Shown: piece after piece, positions 18,871 through 29,415 of the stretch | Numbering within the stretch: position 1 is the stretch's first letter | How the letters are laid out: each line of letters opens with the position of its first letter | NCBI GenBank assembly: GCA_017535105.1 | Contig: JAFXUI010000001.1 | Coordinates: forward strand, 11,207-75,206 | Length of the DNA: 64,000 nt | From: Alphaproteobacteria bacterium | GTDB taxonomy: Bacteria; Pseudomonadota; Alphaproteobacteria; Rs-D84 | Direction: 5' to 3' | The notes under the pieces: generated by a model | What the model was told of the DNA's origin: nothing | Database searches by the model: none | The model's input: the letters and a program-made list of their open reading frames with translations, nothing else | Program-made: the position numbers and the translations under genes

Positions 18871-21243
18871 ATGGCAACACTGACACTTGGAAAATCTGTA
18901 ACATTGGACGCGGTGCACAGCAAAAAGGGTGATTCCGTTTTTGTTGAACGCCGCCGCCGCATTGTTGCCCCCGGCAGCAAGGAATTGCGCGAAGAACCAA
19001 CTGCACCGGCACAACCACACAGCGCGGCTGATGAAAAGTTGCGCGCAGTGTTGGAGGCTGCACGTGCCCGCGAAGAAGAACGCAAAGCCAGAGAGGCCGC
19101 CGAAGAAGCTGCACGTGCCGCACGTGAGGCTGAAATCGCGCGCGAAGCCGATGAATATGAACAGGTAAAATCCCAGTTGGCTGCACGTGAAAGCGCGGCT
19201 GCCGAAGTGCCAGAAATAGAAGAAAAGCCATTTGCTTCTAAAAAACAGGCGCAAAATAATGGCGCACGTAATCATAACTCACGCGAAATTGATGAAGATC
19301 GCCCCCAGAAAAACAATCACAATAAAAAAGACTTCAAGAAAACTGGTAAAATCTCTATTCACGACATTGTTATTGGTGGTGATGATGACGATGATGAAAT
19401 CGGTATTCGTGGTGCAAATCGCCGCCGCAGCGAAGCGTCATTAAAACGTTTTCGTGAAAAAGCGCGCGCGATGTTTAATGCACCGCAAAAGGTTGCACAC
19501 GAAGTCACACTGGGCGAAACAATTACCGTCAAAGATTTGGCCGCAGCTATGGCTGAAAAGGTTGGTAATGTTATCAAGAAATTAATGGAAATGGGTATGA
19601 TGGCATCGGTCAACCAATCTATTGATGCCGATACTGCGGAACTGATTGCGGGCGAATTTGGCGCAACTGTTAAACGTGTTGTTGTTAAGCCATATGCCGA
19701 ACAGTTGGAAAGATTGCCCGATCCAAACAAATTACAATCACGTCCACCAGTTGTGACGGTTGTGGGTCACGTTGACCACGGCAAAACATCACTTTTGGAC
19801 GCGTTCCGTAATGCAAATGTTGTTGCTGGCGAAGCGGGCGGAATTACCCAGCACGTTTCTGCGTATGAGGTTAAATCACAATCTGGCCAGATGATAACAT
19901 TTTTGGATACACCGGGTCACGAAACATTTACCGCTATGCGCGCACGTGGTGCACAAATGGCAGACATTGTTATTTTGGTTGTTGCCGCAAATGATTCTAT
20001 AATGCCCCAAACGATTGAAGCATTAAATCACATTCGCGCGGCGAACGTGCCATTTATCGTTGCGATAAATAAAATCGATTTACCCGAAGCCGACCCAATG
20101 CGTGTTAAAACCGACCTTTTACAACAGGAAGTCCAGGTCGAAGATATGGGTGGTGACGTTCAATGTGTTGAAGTATCGGCGAAACAAAAAATCGGTCTTG
20201 ATAAATTGGAAGAAGCAATTTTATTACAGGCCAGTGTTATGGATTTAAAGGCCGACCCAGAAATGCCGGCGGTCGCCCACGTGGTTGAGGCGAAAATGGA
20301 ACGTGGCTTGGGTGCGGTTGCAACCGTCTTGGTACGTCAAGGTACATTAAAGATTGGCGATGTGTTCGTTGTTGGCGAAACATTTGGTCGTGTTCGTGGT
20401 TTAATCAACTCAAACGGAGAACGTGTTAAATCTGTCCGTCCGGGCCAGCCAGTAATTGTTTTGGGGTTGGATTCGGTACCACAAGCGGGTGACGAATTAC
20501 ACGTTATGGAAACAGAGGCACAAACCAGGGAAGTTGCCGCATATCGTGCACAACAGGCACGTGACAAGGCAAACGCGGTTAAACGCACATCACTGCAAGA
20601 ATTGTTCGCAAAACGCGACAGCAATAAAAAACTTATATTGCCAATCGTATTGCGTGCCGATGTACAGGGCAGTGTCGAAGCCATCACCGATATGTTGAAA
20701 GAAATTAATACTGACAAGGTTGGTGTTGATATCTTGTCATCCGGCGTTGGTCAAATTACCGAAGGTGACATCAGATTGGCGGCGGCATCAAATGCGGTTA
20801 TCATTGCGTTTAATGTTCGTGCCGATGCGGGTGTACGTGATATGGCACGTAATGCGGGTGTTGATATTCGCTATCACAGTGTCGTCTATCGTATTACCGA
20901 TGAAATCAAAGAAATCTTGTCTGGTAAATTGGCCCCAGAAAGAAAAGAAAACTTTATCGGTTACGCCGATGTTATCGCACTGTTCACGGTTGGCAAGGGT
21001 GTCCGTGTTGCCGGTTGCCGTGTAAGCGAAGGCACAATTAAAAAAGATGCGTTCGTACGATTACTGCGCGACAATGTCGTTATTTACGATGGCAAAATTG
21101 GCGAATTACGTCGTGAAAAGAACGAAGTCAAAGAAGTATCCGGTGGCGTTGAATTCGGTATGAGTTTTGAAAAATATAATGACCTGAAGGAAGGCGACCG
21201 CGTTGAATGCTATGAAGTCCAAGAAGTAAAAACACAGTTGTAA
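18871..21243 (+). CDS. infB: Translation initiation factor IF-2
   Basis: It has the G domain motifs [23 protein letters not shown] and NKID, and an Ala/Glu/Arg-rich N-terminal region. Confidence 0.97.
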   Translation: MATLTLGKSVTLDAVHSKKGDSVFVERRRRIVAPGSKELREEPTAPAQPHSAADEKLRAVLEAARAREEERKAREAAEEAARAAREAEIAREADEYEQVKSQLAARESAAAEVPEIEEKPFASKKQAQNNGARNHNSREIDEDRPQKNNHNKKDFKKTGKISIHDIVIGGDDDDDEIGIRGANRRRSEASLKRFREKARAMFNAPQKVAHEVTLGETITVKDLAAAMAEKVGNVIKKLMEMGMMASVNQSIDADTAELIAGEFGATVKRVVVKPYAEQLERLPDPNKLQSRPPVVTVVGHVDHGKTSLLDAFRNANVVAGEAGGITQHVSAYEVKSQSGQMITFLDTPGHETFTAMRARGAQMADIVILVVAANDSIMPQTIEALNHIRAANVPFIVAINKIDLPEADPMRVKTDLLQQEVQVEDMGGDVQCVEVSAKQKIGLDKLEEAILLQASVMDLKADPEMPAVAHVVEAKMERGLGAVATVLVRQGTLKIGDVFVVGETFGRVRGLINSNGERVKSVRPGQPVIVLGLDSVPQAGDELHVMETEAQTREVAAYRAQQARDKANAVKRTSLQELFAKRDSNKKLILPIVLRADVQGSVEAITDMLKEINTDKVGVDILSSGVGQITEGDIRLAAASNAVIIAFNVRADAGVRDMARNAGVDIRYHSVVYRITDEIKEILSGKLAPERKENFIGYADVIALFTVGKGVRVAGCRVSEGTIKKDAFVRLLRDNVVIYDGKIGELRREKNEVKEVSGGVEFGMSFEKYNDLKEGDRVECYEVQEVKTQL

Positions 21244-21272
21244 AAAAAACGCCCGTTTGGGCGTTTTTTTAA
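21244..21272. terminator. Bidirectional rho-independent terminator (A-tract, GC hairpin, T-tract)
   Basis: aaaaaaaacgcccgtttgggcgttttttt lies between convergent infB and the virD4-like gene. Confidence 0.7.
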
Positions 21273-23524
21273 TCTATAAATTCTTTCAATTCACCGGTGG
21301 CGGGGTTATATACACGTGGTTTTCCCTTGTACCCCATAATCGCGTGATGTGATGGAATTAAAAACTCTGGCAATGGTGACGATTCCCCCATTTGAACCTT
21401 TGCGTTTAATGCTTTCTGTACTGGTGTTTTATCCAAGAAATATCTTTCTTGGGACGCTTCAATCGGTCGATTGTAATACCCTTGGTATATAATTATTTGT
21501 TTACTATCTTCCAGTTTCATAATATCCATTGGCGAATACAATAATTCTGGTGATTTTTCTTCTTTATCTTTACCGTCTGCACCCTTAACCGTTTTAAGTT
21601 TTATTTTTTCGCCCATCATATCCGAAAAACGTTTTGCGGTATCTGGGTCGTTTTGACGCATAACAATTTTTGCCGCCGTTGTTGATATAATGGTATCGGC
21701 CGCATCTGCGCCATACTTTTCGCGAATCTGGTGGATATCTTGACCGATGATAAGGTATGAAATCTTTTGACCACGTCCAAGGTCCGGTCCCTGAATCACG
21801 GCTTGCAATTTCATCATCTTTGGCATTTCGTCCAAAACAAACAATACTGGGTATGGTCCCATTTTTTTACCGTCGTGTTCAGAATCTGGCGCATTTGCCA
21901 ACAAGAAATTCGACATCAATTCAATAAAGATACCAGTAATTGGGTTTAACGCCTCAGCATCAACCATGTTGATAGACAGGTACACCGAAACAGGTTTAAT
22001 TTTGCCATCGCGTGGGTCAACCATTCCACGCAGGTCGCTGAAATGAAAATCAGAATGACTTGTACGATTACGCACCGCGGCATTACGGAAAATCGACAAG
22101 CCCGCCATAATGGTTGATAAAATTGAACCACGTTCTTTATCTGGTGTATTCGCAAGTTGCGTCAGTTCCAAAATCGCACGATGCGAATATGCATATCGGC
22201 GTGCTTCATCAACCGCACCCATAAATACATCTTTTAATGGGTCCGCCATCATAACCATTTGGTCACCGGCACGGCGGCGTTCTTCGATATCTTGGGCAAC
22301 CGCCAATTCAGCCGCATTTAACCAGTCCAAAATCATTGACAATGATGCTTCTTTACCCACCCAAGCGTCTGGTATGTGTTCCCATGTACCAACATGAACA
22401 TAGTTTGATTCATTTAATTCGCCACGTTGTAACATTGCCACCGCCGCATATGCATTTGGATCTTCGGTCATAGACAGGTAATAATCGGTCAAAACAGCTG
22501 CATCATCTGAATTAAACTCACCTGATTTAAAACGTGCATAGAAATAATCATCGGCCTTGGCACGTTCAATCTTTGACACAATAAAACTGATAAAACCAGA
22601 CAGCCCCGCACGACCAGTAATTCCCCAGTGTGGATCCTTTGGCGTTTCTTGGACTAAAACATTACAAATCGTGTCTATATACAAATCGCGCTGTTCTGGA
22701 TTAAATGGTACGTGTTCTGGGGACAACGGATTCCAAGATGGATAGTAAATTCCGCGTTCAGGATCGTCTTGACCCGCCCAGTTCATAATAAACACCGGAC
22801 CAACAGTTGAACGATATGCTGATGTTTTTTGTTTCAATTCTGGTTTCGGGTCATTGATAATCATTGAAACATTGTCACATTCAACAATAGTCGGGACAAC
22901 AACACCCGCTGTTTTACCAGTTCCCGGGGGCGCAACGCATAACGCAGACAAAGATTCGTCAAACATCAACGGCATCATTTTGCCCTTGTTCTTGAAATAC
23001 CCCAAAACCATCATAAAGCCATTGAATAAGCCTTCTTTGTTTTTATGGTCTTGCGCCATTTCTCTGATATCTGCGGCGGTTGCCTTGCGCGAAGATTTTT
23101 CGTCCAACTTATCTTTTTCATTTGGGTTAAATTCGGAAACAAGCGTCTTGTCCGCCATAATGTAATACGCGATTATAGGAAGCAATGGCGCCATACACGC
23201 CATATCGGTGTACATAACACAGCGCACAACCCACGATGGAATTTCCGCAATTACTGACATACCAAGCGTTGATAACGCATTATGTAAATAAACACTTGTC
23301 CACACGGAACTTGCCGGTGACCAACCATACCGCCATACGTGTTCCAGTATGAACGACAGGCCAAACGCAAGCGCACAAACAACCCATACAGCCAAGACCC
23401 AGCGCAACTCCCAAAAAACACGCGCCATTGGGATACGTTGGTGTTCCTTGTAAGACGCCGAATTAAAAATATTCAGACCCTTACCTTTGCCACCTGCGGA
23501 TAAAATCTTGAACTGCCCTGCCAT
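21269..23524 (-). CDS. virD4: Type IV secretion/conjugation coupling protein (VirD4/TraG/TraD family ATPase)
   Basis: It is 751 aa with an N-terminal membrane region, a Walker A motif (VAPPGTGKTAG) and a Walker B-like motif (VLFVLDEMPKM), and has the overall length and architecture of a type IV coupling protein. Confidence 0.72.
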   Translation of the reverse strand: MAGQFKILSAGGKGKGLNIFNSASYKEHQRIPMARVFWELRWVLAVWVVCALAFGLSFILEHVWRYGWSPASSVWTSVYLHNALSTLGMSVIAEIPSWVVRCVMYTDMACMAPLLPIIAYYIMADKTLVSEFNPNEKDKLDEKSSRKATAADIREMAQDHKNKEGLFNGFMMVLGYFKNKGKMMPLMFDESLSALCVAPPGTGKTAGVVVPTIVECDNVSMIINDPKPELKQKTSAYRSTVGPVFIMNWAGQDDPERGIYYPSWNPLSPEHVPFNPEQRDLYIDTICNVLVQETPKDPHWGITGRAGLSGFISFIVSKIERAKADDYFYARFKSGEFNSDDAAVLTDYYLSMTEDPNAYAAVAMLQRGELNESNYVHVGTWEHIPDAWVGKEASLSMILDWLNAAELAVAQDIEERRRAGDQMVMMADPLKDVFMGAVDEARRYAYSHRAILELTQLANTPDKERGSILSTIMAGLSIFRNAAVRNRTSHSDFHFSDLRGMVDPRDGKIKPVSVYLSINMVDAEALNPITGIFIELMSNFLLANAPDSEHDGKKMGPYPVLFVLDEMPKMMKLQAVIQGPDLGRGQKISYLIIGQDIHQIREKYGADAADTIISTTAAKIVMRQNDPDTAKRFSDMMGEKIKLKTVKGADGKDKEEKSPELLYSPMDIMKLEDSKQIIIYQGYYNRPIEASQERYFLDKTPVQKALNAKVQMGESSPLPEFLIPSHHAIMGYKGKPRVYNPATGELKEFID

Positions 23525-23581
23525 TGTGTTATGATTATATCAGAAAAAAAGCATTTAATAAATCACAATCGCACAGAAAAG

Positions 23582-24235
23582 ATGAAAAACATACCAAGAA
23601 TTTTTGTCGGTGACAATGTAAAAAGCGGTATGATTATACCGCTTGGCCGTGACACCGCACACTATTTGACACGCGTTATGCGTACCGATGTCGCCATTGT
23701 TTTTGGTGGCGGAAACGAATTTAATGCGCGCGTTGATGCAACACAAAAAAATATTATTGTTGGCGAAAATACCAAACGCGCCGACCCATCGGGCGATATA
23801 ACACTTTACTTTACGCCAATAAAACGCACCGACGATTTGATAAATATGGCGACACAATTGGGTGTAAAAAAATTGGTTCCAGTTATAACCGAACACACAA
23901 CTGCCCAACACATAAATTGGGAACGCATGAAAAAAATTGCAACCGAGGCCGCCGAACAATCAAACCGCAACAGCGTGCCGGAAATTACCACACCAATAAA
24001 ATTTAGCGACATCGATTTATCAAAAATTGCATTTGCTGATGAACGCGCCGCTCATGGCGCAACACGCGAATCGCACACAAAAATAAATTCAATTTTAGTC
24101 GGACCCGAAGGGGGTTTTTCCGATTCTGAATTTGCGGCATTGGACGCGGCGGGTGCGGTTGGTATATCACTGGGTAAAACAATTTTACGTGCGGAATTGG
24201 CCGCCGCAATCGCAATTACAAAGATAACAAAATGA
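23582..24235 (+). CDS. rsmE: 16S rRNA (uracil1498-N3)-methyltransferase RsmE
   Basis: The N-terminus MKNIPRIFV matches the RsmE start (M.IPRIY), and the C-terminus GPEGGFSDSEF...GISLGKTILRAE is the SPOUT knot. The ORF track start at 23531 is probably too long. Confidence 0.8.
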   Translation: MKNIPRIFVGDNVKSGMIIPLGRDTAHYLTRVMRTDVAIVFGGGNEFNARVDATQKNIIVGENTKRADPSGDITLYFTPIKRTDDLINMATQLGVKKLVPVITEHTTAQHINWERMKKIATEAAEQSNRNSVPEITTPIKFSDIDLSKIAFADERAAHGATRESHTKINSILVGPEGGFSDSEFAALDAAGAVGISLGKTILRAELAAAIAITKITK

Positions 24236-24927
24236 AAACACGTATCGCAAAGTTTATCGCCGAATCTGGAATTGCTTCACGCCGTGCGGCCGAAGATTTA
24301 ATTGCACGTGGTGCAGTTTCTGTGAATGGTGTAAAAATCGATTCGCCAGTATTCTTTGTCGATTCGAATGATGTTGTTATTGTGAATGGAAAGAAAATAA
24401 ATACGGAAAAAGAAACAAAACTTTACGCGTTTCACAAACCGATAAACACAATGACAACACGCAGTGATCCCGCAAACCGTAAAACGATTTATGATTGTTT
24501 ACCTGACGCGTATAAACACCTTAAATACATCGGACGATTGGACTATAAAACGACGGGATTATTATTGCTTACCAACGATGGTGAATTTGCGCGTAAAATG
24601 ACATTGCCATCAACAAAAATTCCACGCGTGTATATCGCAACAATTTATGGCACTTTATCAAAAATCGATTCGGCGCGCCGTGGCATGACAGTACGTGGAA
24701 TAAAATATGCACCAATGAAAATTGATGTTATTGATGATAAAAATTTACGCATCGAAATTGTCGAAGGTAAAAAGAATGAAATCCGTATTGTGCTTGGCGC
24801 GTGCGGTGCAAACATAAAAAAATTACATCGCATTTCATATGGAAAAATTGAATTAGATAATTTGCCTGTTGGACAAATCCGTGAAATAAAACAGAAAACA
24901 ATTGACGTGATAAAAAAATCTTTCTAG
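24232..24927 (+). CDS. Pseudouridine synthase, RsuA/RluB family (S4 domain)
   Basis: It has an S4 RNA-binding N-terminus (IAKFIAESGIASRRAAEDLIARGAVSVNG) and the catalytic GRLDYKTTGLLLLTNDG motif. Confidence 0.85.
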   Translation: MKTRIAKFIAESGIASRRAAEDLIARGAVSVNGVKIDSPVFFVDSNDVVIVNGKKINTEKETKLYAFHKPINTMTTRSDPANRKTIYDCLPDAYKHLKYIGRLDYKTTGLLLLTNDGEFARKMTLPSTKIPRVYIATIYGTLSKIDSARRGMTVRGIKYAPMKIDVIDDKNLRIEIVEGKKNEIRIVLGACGANIKKLHRISYGKIELDNLPVGQIREIKQKTIDVIKKSF

Positions 24928-24955
24928 AATCTTGATATCAGGAAGGGAGAGATTT

Positions 24956-25948
24956 ATGAAAAAACAAACCTCTATCAAAAAGGTAAAACGCGCAAACACC
25001 AATGATTCTGTGGCTTTGCACGCGACACCAAAACAAAAAACATCGTACAATCCATGGTCGATGTCGATATATGTTTATTGGTTTATCATCTTGTTTTTCA
25101 TTGCTGCAACGTTCTATATCCTTGGACGCAGTCATGGTGTGTTGGATCATCGCGTTCCATTAAACGATAATGCCGTTGTCACAGAAGAAGTTTTAATGCA
25201 GGCCCCAGATTATTATGAAAGTGGCAAGGCAAAATTAATTGCTGGTGAAATCGAAGACGCAATTGTTGATTTAACGGCCGCAATTGATTCGGGTGAAGCA
25301 ACCGATGAATTGTTCATCTTGCGTGGTGAAGCATACATGCAATCCGCAAGTTTTGGTAATGCGTTAAATGATTTCAATATGGCAATTGATATGAACCCAT
25401 CAAGTTCTGTTGCATATTATGATCGTGCATTATTGAACACACGTCTTGATGATTACAATGCCGCACTGAACGATATAAATAATGCGTTGGCGGTACGTGC
25501 AACAAATGACCAAGATGTTTTACAATTGCGTGATTTGTACGCAAAACGTGGTCAGTTGAATTTGTGGTTAAAGAATTGGGAGGGCGCAATTGCCGACTAT
25601 ACCAATTCATTGGCCCGCCCAGACGGTGTTGTAAATCCATCTGTATATGCCGAACGTGCCGAAGCATACACCGCAATTGGTGATTACGCGGCCGCAATAA
25701 ATGATTATTCTGCGGCGGTACGTGTTATATCAGAACAAATCCAGGGCGCAGAAACATCAGCAGAACGTGAATTAATGTCATCAAACGCGATGTCATATTT
25801 CGAAAAGTCAGCAGCATTGAATTTGCAACTTGGAAATATGGAAGCGTCACGCAGTGATTTAGAATCTGCGTTAACAATCGCAGCGGCATTAAACGATTCT
25901 GAAAGTGTTGAACGCTTACAGGGTTTAATTGCTGATATGAACCAATAA
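24956..25948 (+). CDS. Membrane-anchored tetratricopeptide-repeat protein
   Basis: It has one transmembrane helix followed by multiple TPR-like repeats (AxxxYxxxG periodicity). The ATG at 24956 has a strong Shine-Dalgarno (GGAAGGGAGAG). Confidence 0.55.
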   Translation: MKKQTSIKKVKRANTNDSVALHATPKQKTSYNPWSMSIYVYWFIILFFIAATFYILGRSHGVLDHRVPLNDNAVVTEEVLMQAPDYYESGKAKLIAGEIEDAIVDLTAAIDSGEATDELFILRGEAYMQSASFGNALNDFNMAIDMNPSSSVAYYDRALLNTRLDDYNAALNDINNALAVRATNDQDVLQLRDLYAKRGQLNLWLKNWEGAIADYTNSLARPDGVVNPSVYAERAEAYTAIGDYAAAINDYSAAVRVISEQIQGAETSAERELMSSNAMSYFEKSAALNLQLGNMEASRSDLESALTIAAALNDSESVERLQGLIADMNQ

Positions 25949-25962
25949 ATGTTTATTGAATA

Positions 25963-25992
25963 AAAAACGCCGGCAGATGCCGGTGTTTTTTT
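25963..25992. terminator. Palindromic bidirectional terminator (ACCGGCA family)
   Basis: aaaaaacgccggcagatgccggtgttttttt lies between convergent genes. Confidence 0.7.
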
Positions 25993-25993
25993 A

Positions 25994-27019
25994 TTAGAAA
26001 GTGATTCGCATTCCTGCGGAAATAAATTCTGTTTTGGACGTTACCCCAAGCGATATCCAACCGTCAACATTTTCACTGTATTTATAGCGAAACGATGAAA
26101 CAACGGTATGATTTAAATAATCATCAACGTCTTTATCCCATATGCCCGTATCGGACAGCATATAAGACAACGAAACATTATATTTCAACAAATCATAACT
26201 GACCCCGGTGCCAAGAATAATTCCATCTGAAACAACGCCAATCGGATTTTCGTCATAAATTGCGCGACCCGTCAATGCGAACATAAAACTGTTATACTGA
26301 ACATTTACAGCCGCGGAAAATTGTGCGCGCCAATCGGCCGTAACATTTGGCGAAAATTGCGATTGCTGGAAATCATCGGGCTTATTCATAAATGAAAAAC
26401 CGATTGAATATGCAGTTTTCGTTTTACCATCGGGGCGTCTGATTTTTATACCGCCATCAATTGCGAACTTATAATCGTCCGAACCACCCGCAACCGAAAG
26501 ACCATATTGCACCCCATTGTGTTGCGTTGTCACAACATTTACACGTGGCGCACCGTCACCCGTATCCAGTATTGTATCCGCAATAACCGCGTGACGTGGT
26601 TTTATTTCTTTATAAAACATCGGGTTGTCGTTCAGGCGCAATCCACCAACATCGGGTAAACCCAAACCCAATTTTTCAGCAACCGAATCTGTAAGACCTA
26701 TTTCAAGACGACCAAGATTTTTTACCTGCCACAATGCGAACAAATCATTTATGTATTCGTCGTCGTCAATTGTTTGCTGGTTCAACGAATAAACCATACC
26801 CAACTTGTACGTTTCATTTACATCATACGACATTTGTCCACGTAACGACCAATCGCCCATAAACATGGAATTAGCCAACGCGAAATCTGGTTCAATCATA
26901 CCGAAATTGCCATATCCAGAAATGCGCGCAGAAAAACCATCTTTGCGATATTCAATCGGCTCCGCAAAAGATGCGGTTGTCGTAATAAAGGCCAACAAAG
27001 CAAAAATACTTACACGCAT
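25994..27019 (-). CDS. Outer membrane beta-barrel protein (porin-like), C-terminal Phe
   Basis: It has a signal peptide (FITTTASFA), alternating amphipathic strands, and an aromatic C-terminus (...AGMRITF). Confidence 0.55.
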   Translation of the reverse strand: MRVSIFALLAFITTTASFAEPIEYRKDGFSARISGYGNFGMIEPDFALANSMFMGDWSLRGQMSYDVNETYKLGMVYSLNQQTIDDDEYINDLFALWQVKNLGRLEIGLTDSVAEKLGLGLPDVGGLRLNDNPMFYKEIKPRHAVIADTILDTGDGAPRVNVVTTQHNGVQYGLSVAGGSDDYKFAIDGGIKIRRPDGKTKTAYSIGFSFMNKPDDFQQSQFSPNVTADWRAQFSAAVNVQYNSFMFALTGRAIYDENPIGVVSDGIILGTGVSYDLLKYNVSLSYMLSDTGIWDKDVDDYLNHTVVSSFRYKYSENVDGWISLGVTSKTEFISAGMRITF

Positions 27020-27022
27020 AGA

Positions 27023-27931
27023 TTATCCATTGCTTTCTTTCAATATCGCATCACGTAATTTTGCGAAAGCACGTTCTTCGATTTGGCGCACGCGTTCGCG
27101 TGAAATACCATATTTTTGTGCCAATGCTTCCAGTGTCCATGCGGGTTCGGTTAAACGGCGCGCACGTAAAATTTCGCGATCACGTTCCGGCAACGCCGCA
27201 AGGTGCTTTTTCAATAAATCATAACCACGGCGGTGTGCCTCAATCTTCTCTAAACTGTCCGCAACATTTTCACGATTGTCCGCCATATTAGACAAAATAT
27301 CTAACGAATCTTCATCGCCACGCATTGGCGCATTTAACGAAACATCACGCGCAGAAATACGTGTTGCCATACGTTTAACATCACCCTCTGGCACGTCCAG
27401 GTATTCCGCCACCTGTTTTGTCTGTTCATCGGACATGCTGTTATCCATTATGCCCAACGCACGTTTTGCACGTGCCAGGTTGAAAAATACGCGTTTTTGG
27501 TTTGCCGAAGTACCAATTTTCACAATAGACCAATTATTCAAAATTGTCTCATAAATCTCGGCCTTGATCCAAAACATCGCATATGTCGAAAAACGAAAAC
27601 CTTTTTCGGGGTCAAATTTCTGTAATGCCTGCATCAAACCCATATTACCACTGGCAATCAGTTCGCCCATTGGTACGCCATAATTCTTGAAATCATATGC
27701 CACCGACACAACAAGGCGCAAATGACTTGCCACCAATTTTTCCGCCGCAATATTATCGTGATTTTGGACCCAGGCATTTGCGTATTCATATTCCTGTTCC
27801 GCGGTCAAAATTGGTATTTTCTGGATTGTTTGGATATATTGCGCCAAGCCGGTTTCATCGCTGACCCCGCGGGCCGCAACCAAACTTGTATTTTGTGTTG
27901 CCGGTAAAGCGTTCTTGATTTGCTTTTTCAT
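27023..27931 (-). CDS. rpoH: RNA polymerase sigma-32 factor RpoH
   Basis: It has the RpoH box (QKRVFFNLARAK), region 2.4 (STYAMFWIKAEI) and a region 4 helix-turn-helix. Confidence 0.9.
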   Translation of the reverse strand: MKKQIKNALPATQNTSLVAARGVSDETGLAQYIQTIQKIPILTAEQEYEYANAWVQNHDNIAAEKLVASHLRLVVSVAYDFKNYGVPMGELIASGNMGLMQALQKFDPEKGFRFSTYAMFWIKAEIYETILNNWSIVKIGTSANQKRVFFNLARAKRALGIMDNSMSDEQTKQVAEYLDVPEGDVKRMATRISARDVSLNAPMRGDEDSLDILSNMADNRENVADSLEKIEAHRRGYDLLKKHLAALPERDREILRARRLTEPAWTLEALAQKYGISRERVRQIEERAFAKLRDAILKESNG

Positions 27932-27996
27932 AATAATTATAGTATAGCAATAAAATAAGATTTATCAAGGGGCACAAACCAACAGGAGATTTTTCA

Positions 27997-28650
27997 ATGG
28001 CCACGATATTACAAAGAAACAAAGACTTGAAACCAAAACCAAAAAAGACACGTGAAGAATACGCCCAAGACGCGCTGTATCGTGAGGTTTGGGAAGAAGT
28101 CAACAACGACAAAACCACCGCTTTTATTAAAAAATACTATCGTCAAATGTTGGCGGCGGCAATTGCCATTATGATTGCGGTGACGGGGGTCCAGATTGGT
28201 ATTCGTTCCTATCACGCGCGCCAAATTGCACGTGCGGTAAATTATGAAACCGCGGTTGAAAATGTTGATGCGGACGCATTGGCGGCAATTGGTCAAAATA
28301 CATCGGGCGCATTGGCTGACTTGGCCATGTTCCAGTCGTATGTTTTAACAAATGATGTCGCCAAAATTGAAAAGTTAGCACGCGATGGCGATACCCGTGA
28401 TTTTCGTGATTTGGCAAAACTGCACGTTATCGGAATTCGTGGCGATGATATGACCGGGGCAGAGGTTGAAAAATACCTGTCCGATTTAAATACAAAATCA
28501 TCACCATTTTACTACACCGCTTGTTTGACTATCGCGCAAAAGTATTTGTCCGAAGATAATGTCGAAGTTGCGAACAAATGGTTGGACAAAATTATCGACG
28601 ATGACGCGGCACCAGCATCTATATCGGCAACCGCGCAAATGTTAAAATAA
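27997..28650 (+). CDS. YfgM-like tetratricopeptide membrane protein (UPF0070)
   Basis: It has a single transmembrane helix, a TPR-like periplasmic domain, and the conserved position upstream of a bamB-like gene. Confidence 0.5.
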   Translation: MATILQRNKDLKPKPKKTREEYAQDALYREVWEEVNNDKTTAFIKKYYRQMLAAAIAIMIAVTGVQIGIRSYHARQIARAVNYETAVENVDADALAAIGQNTSGALADLAMFQSYVLTNDVAKIEKLARDGDTRDFRDLAKLHVIGIRGDDMTGAEVEKYLSDLNTKSSPFYYTACLTIAQKYLSEDNVEVANKWLDKIIDDDAAPASISATAQMLK

Positions 28651-28653
28651 CAA

Positions 28654-29388
28654 ATGCAATTAAACAAAATCGCATTTTTGATGGTGGGATTGGGGCTGCT
28701 TGCGGCATGCGACAGCCATGACCCTATTTTACCTGGGACACGTACTTCTATATTTGATACAAGCACCGTTCGCACCGCAGACACAGCGATAAAATCATTA
28801 CCCGATACCGCATATGAAATGGCGGAAGTAAATTGCCCATATACCCAAGATTCCACAAACACAATCTGGAACGGGGAACGGAAAATCTTTACAGGCTTTC
28901 CAACAACAAATTCGGTTAAAAACGATGCAAAACCCGTTTGCAGTGGCAAATTCGTTTATGCGGGACTAACAACAGGTGAACTTATTAAAATCAATCCAAA
29001 CAGCCGTCAAATCGTCTGGATTGCAGACATTTATCGCCCCAGCAATATGACCGGTGGCGCATCCGTCTTGGACATTGTTGCACCGATTGTAATACGGGGG
29101 TCGTATGTTTATGCTGGCGGTTTGGGTGATGCATTTTGCAAAATAAATGCGGGTACAGGCGCGAAAAAATGGTGCGTGGATATCGGTACCGCAAAACCAT
29201 TTATTATCGCTGGGGACGTGATTTTTGTGGTCGCAACCGACGGTAAATTATACGCCCTGCGCGACAGTGATGGTGCAGCATATTGGAGTGCGGAAATTGA
29301 AAAACAAAAAGCCCCAAAATACGAAAACGGAACAATTACCGTCGGCCACGAAAAGTTTGACGGTGTGTCAGGCAAAAAAATCAAATAA
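28654..29388 (+). CDS. bamB: PQQ-like beta-propeller lipoprotein, BamB-like (short, 244 aa)
   Basis: It has a lipoprotein signal (LLAAC) and PQQ-repeat-like blades (VYAGGL...GKLYALRDSDGAAYW), and follows the yfgM-like gene. It is about 60% of canonical BamB length. Confidence 0.55.
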   Translation: MQLNKIAFLMVGLGLLAACDSHDPILPGTRTSIFDTSTVRTADTAIKSLPDTAYEMAEVNCPYTQDSTNTIWNGERKIFTGFPTTNSVKNDAKPVCSGKFVYAGLTTGELIKINPNSRQIVWIADIYRPSNMTGGASVLDIVAPIVIRGSYVYAGGLGDAFCKINAGTGAKKWCVDIGTAKPFIIAGDVIFVVATDGKLYALRDSDGAAYWSAEIEKQKAPKYENGTITVGHEKFDGVSGKKIK

Positions 29389-29415
29389 AAACACCGGCAA
29401 ATGCCGGTATTTTTT
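29387..29415. terminator. Palindromic bidirectional terminator (ACCGGCA family)
   Basis: aaaaacaccggcaaatgccggtatttttt. Confidence 0.7.

Noticed and set aside
18779-19275. Long antisense ORFs (150 and 135 aa, minus strand) overlapping the 5' part of infB
   Set aside because: They lie inside the Ala/Arg/Glu-rich low-complexity N-terminal region of IF-2. GC-rich repetitive coding sequence produces stop-free antisense frames. There are no start signals, and the infB call on the other strand is unambiguous.
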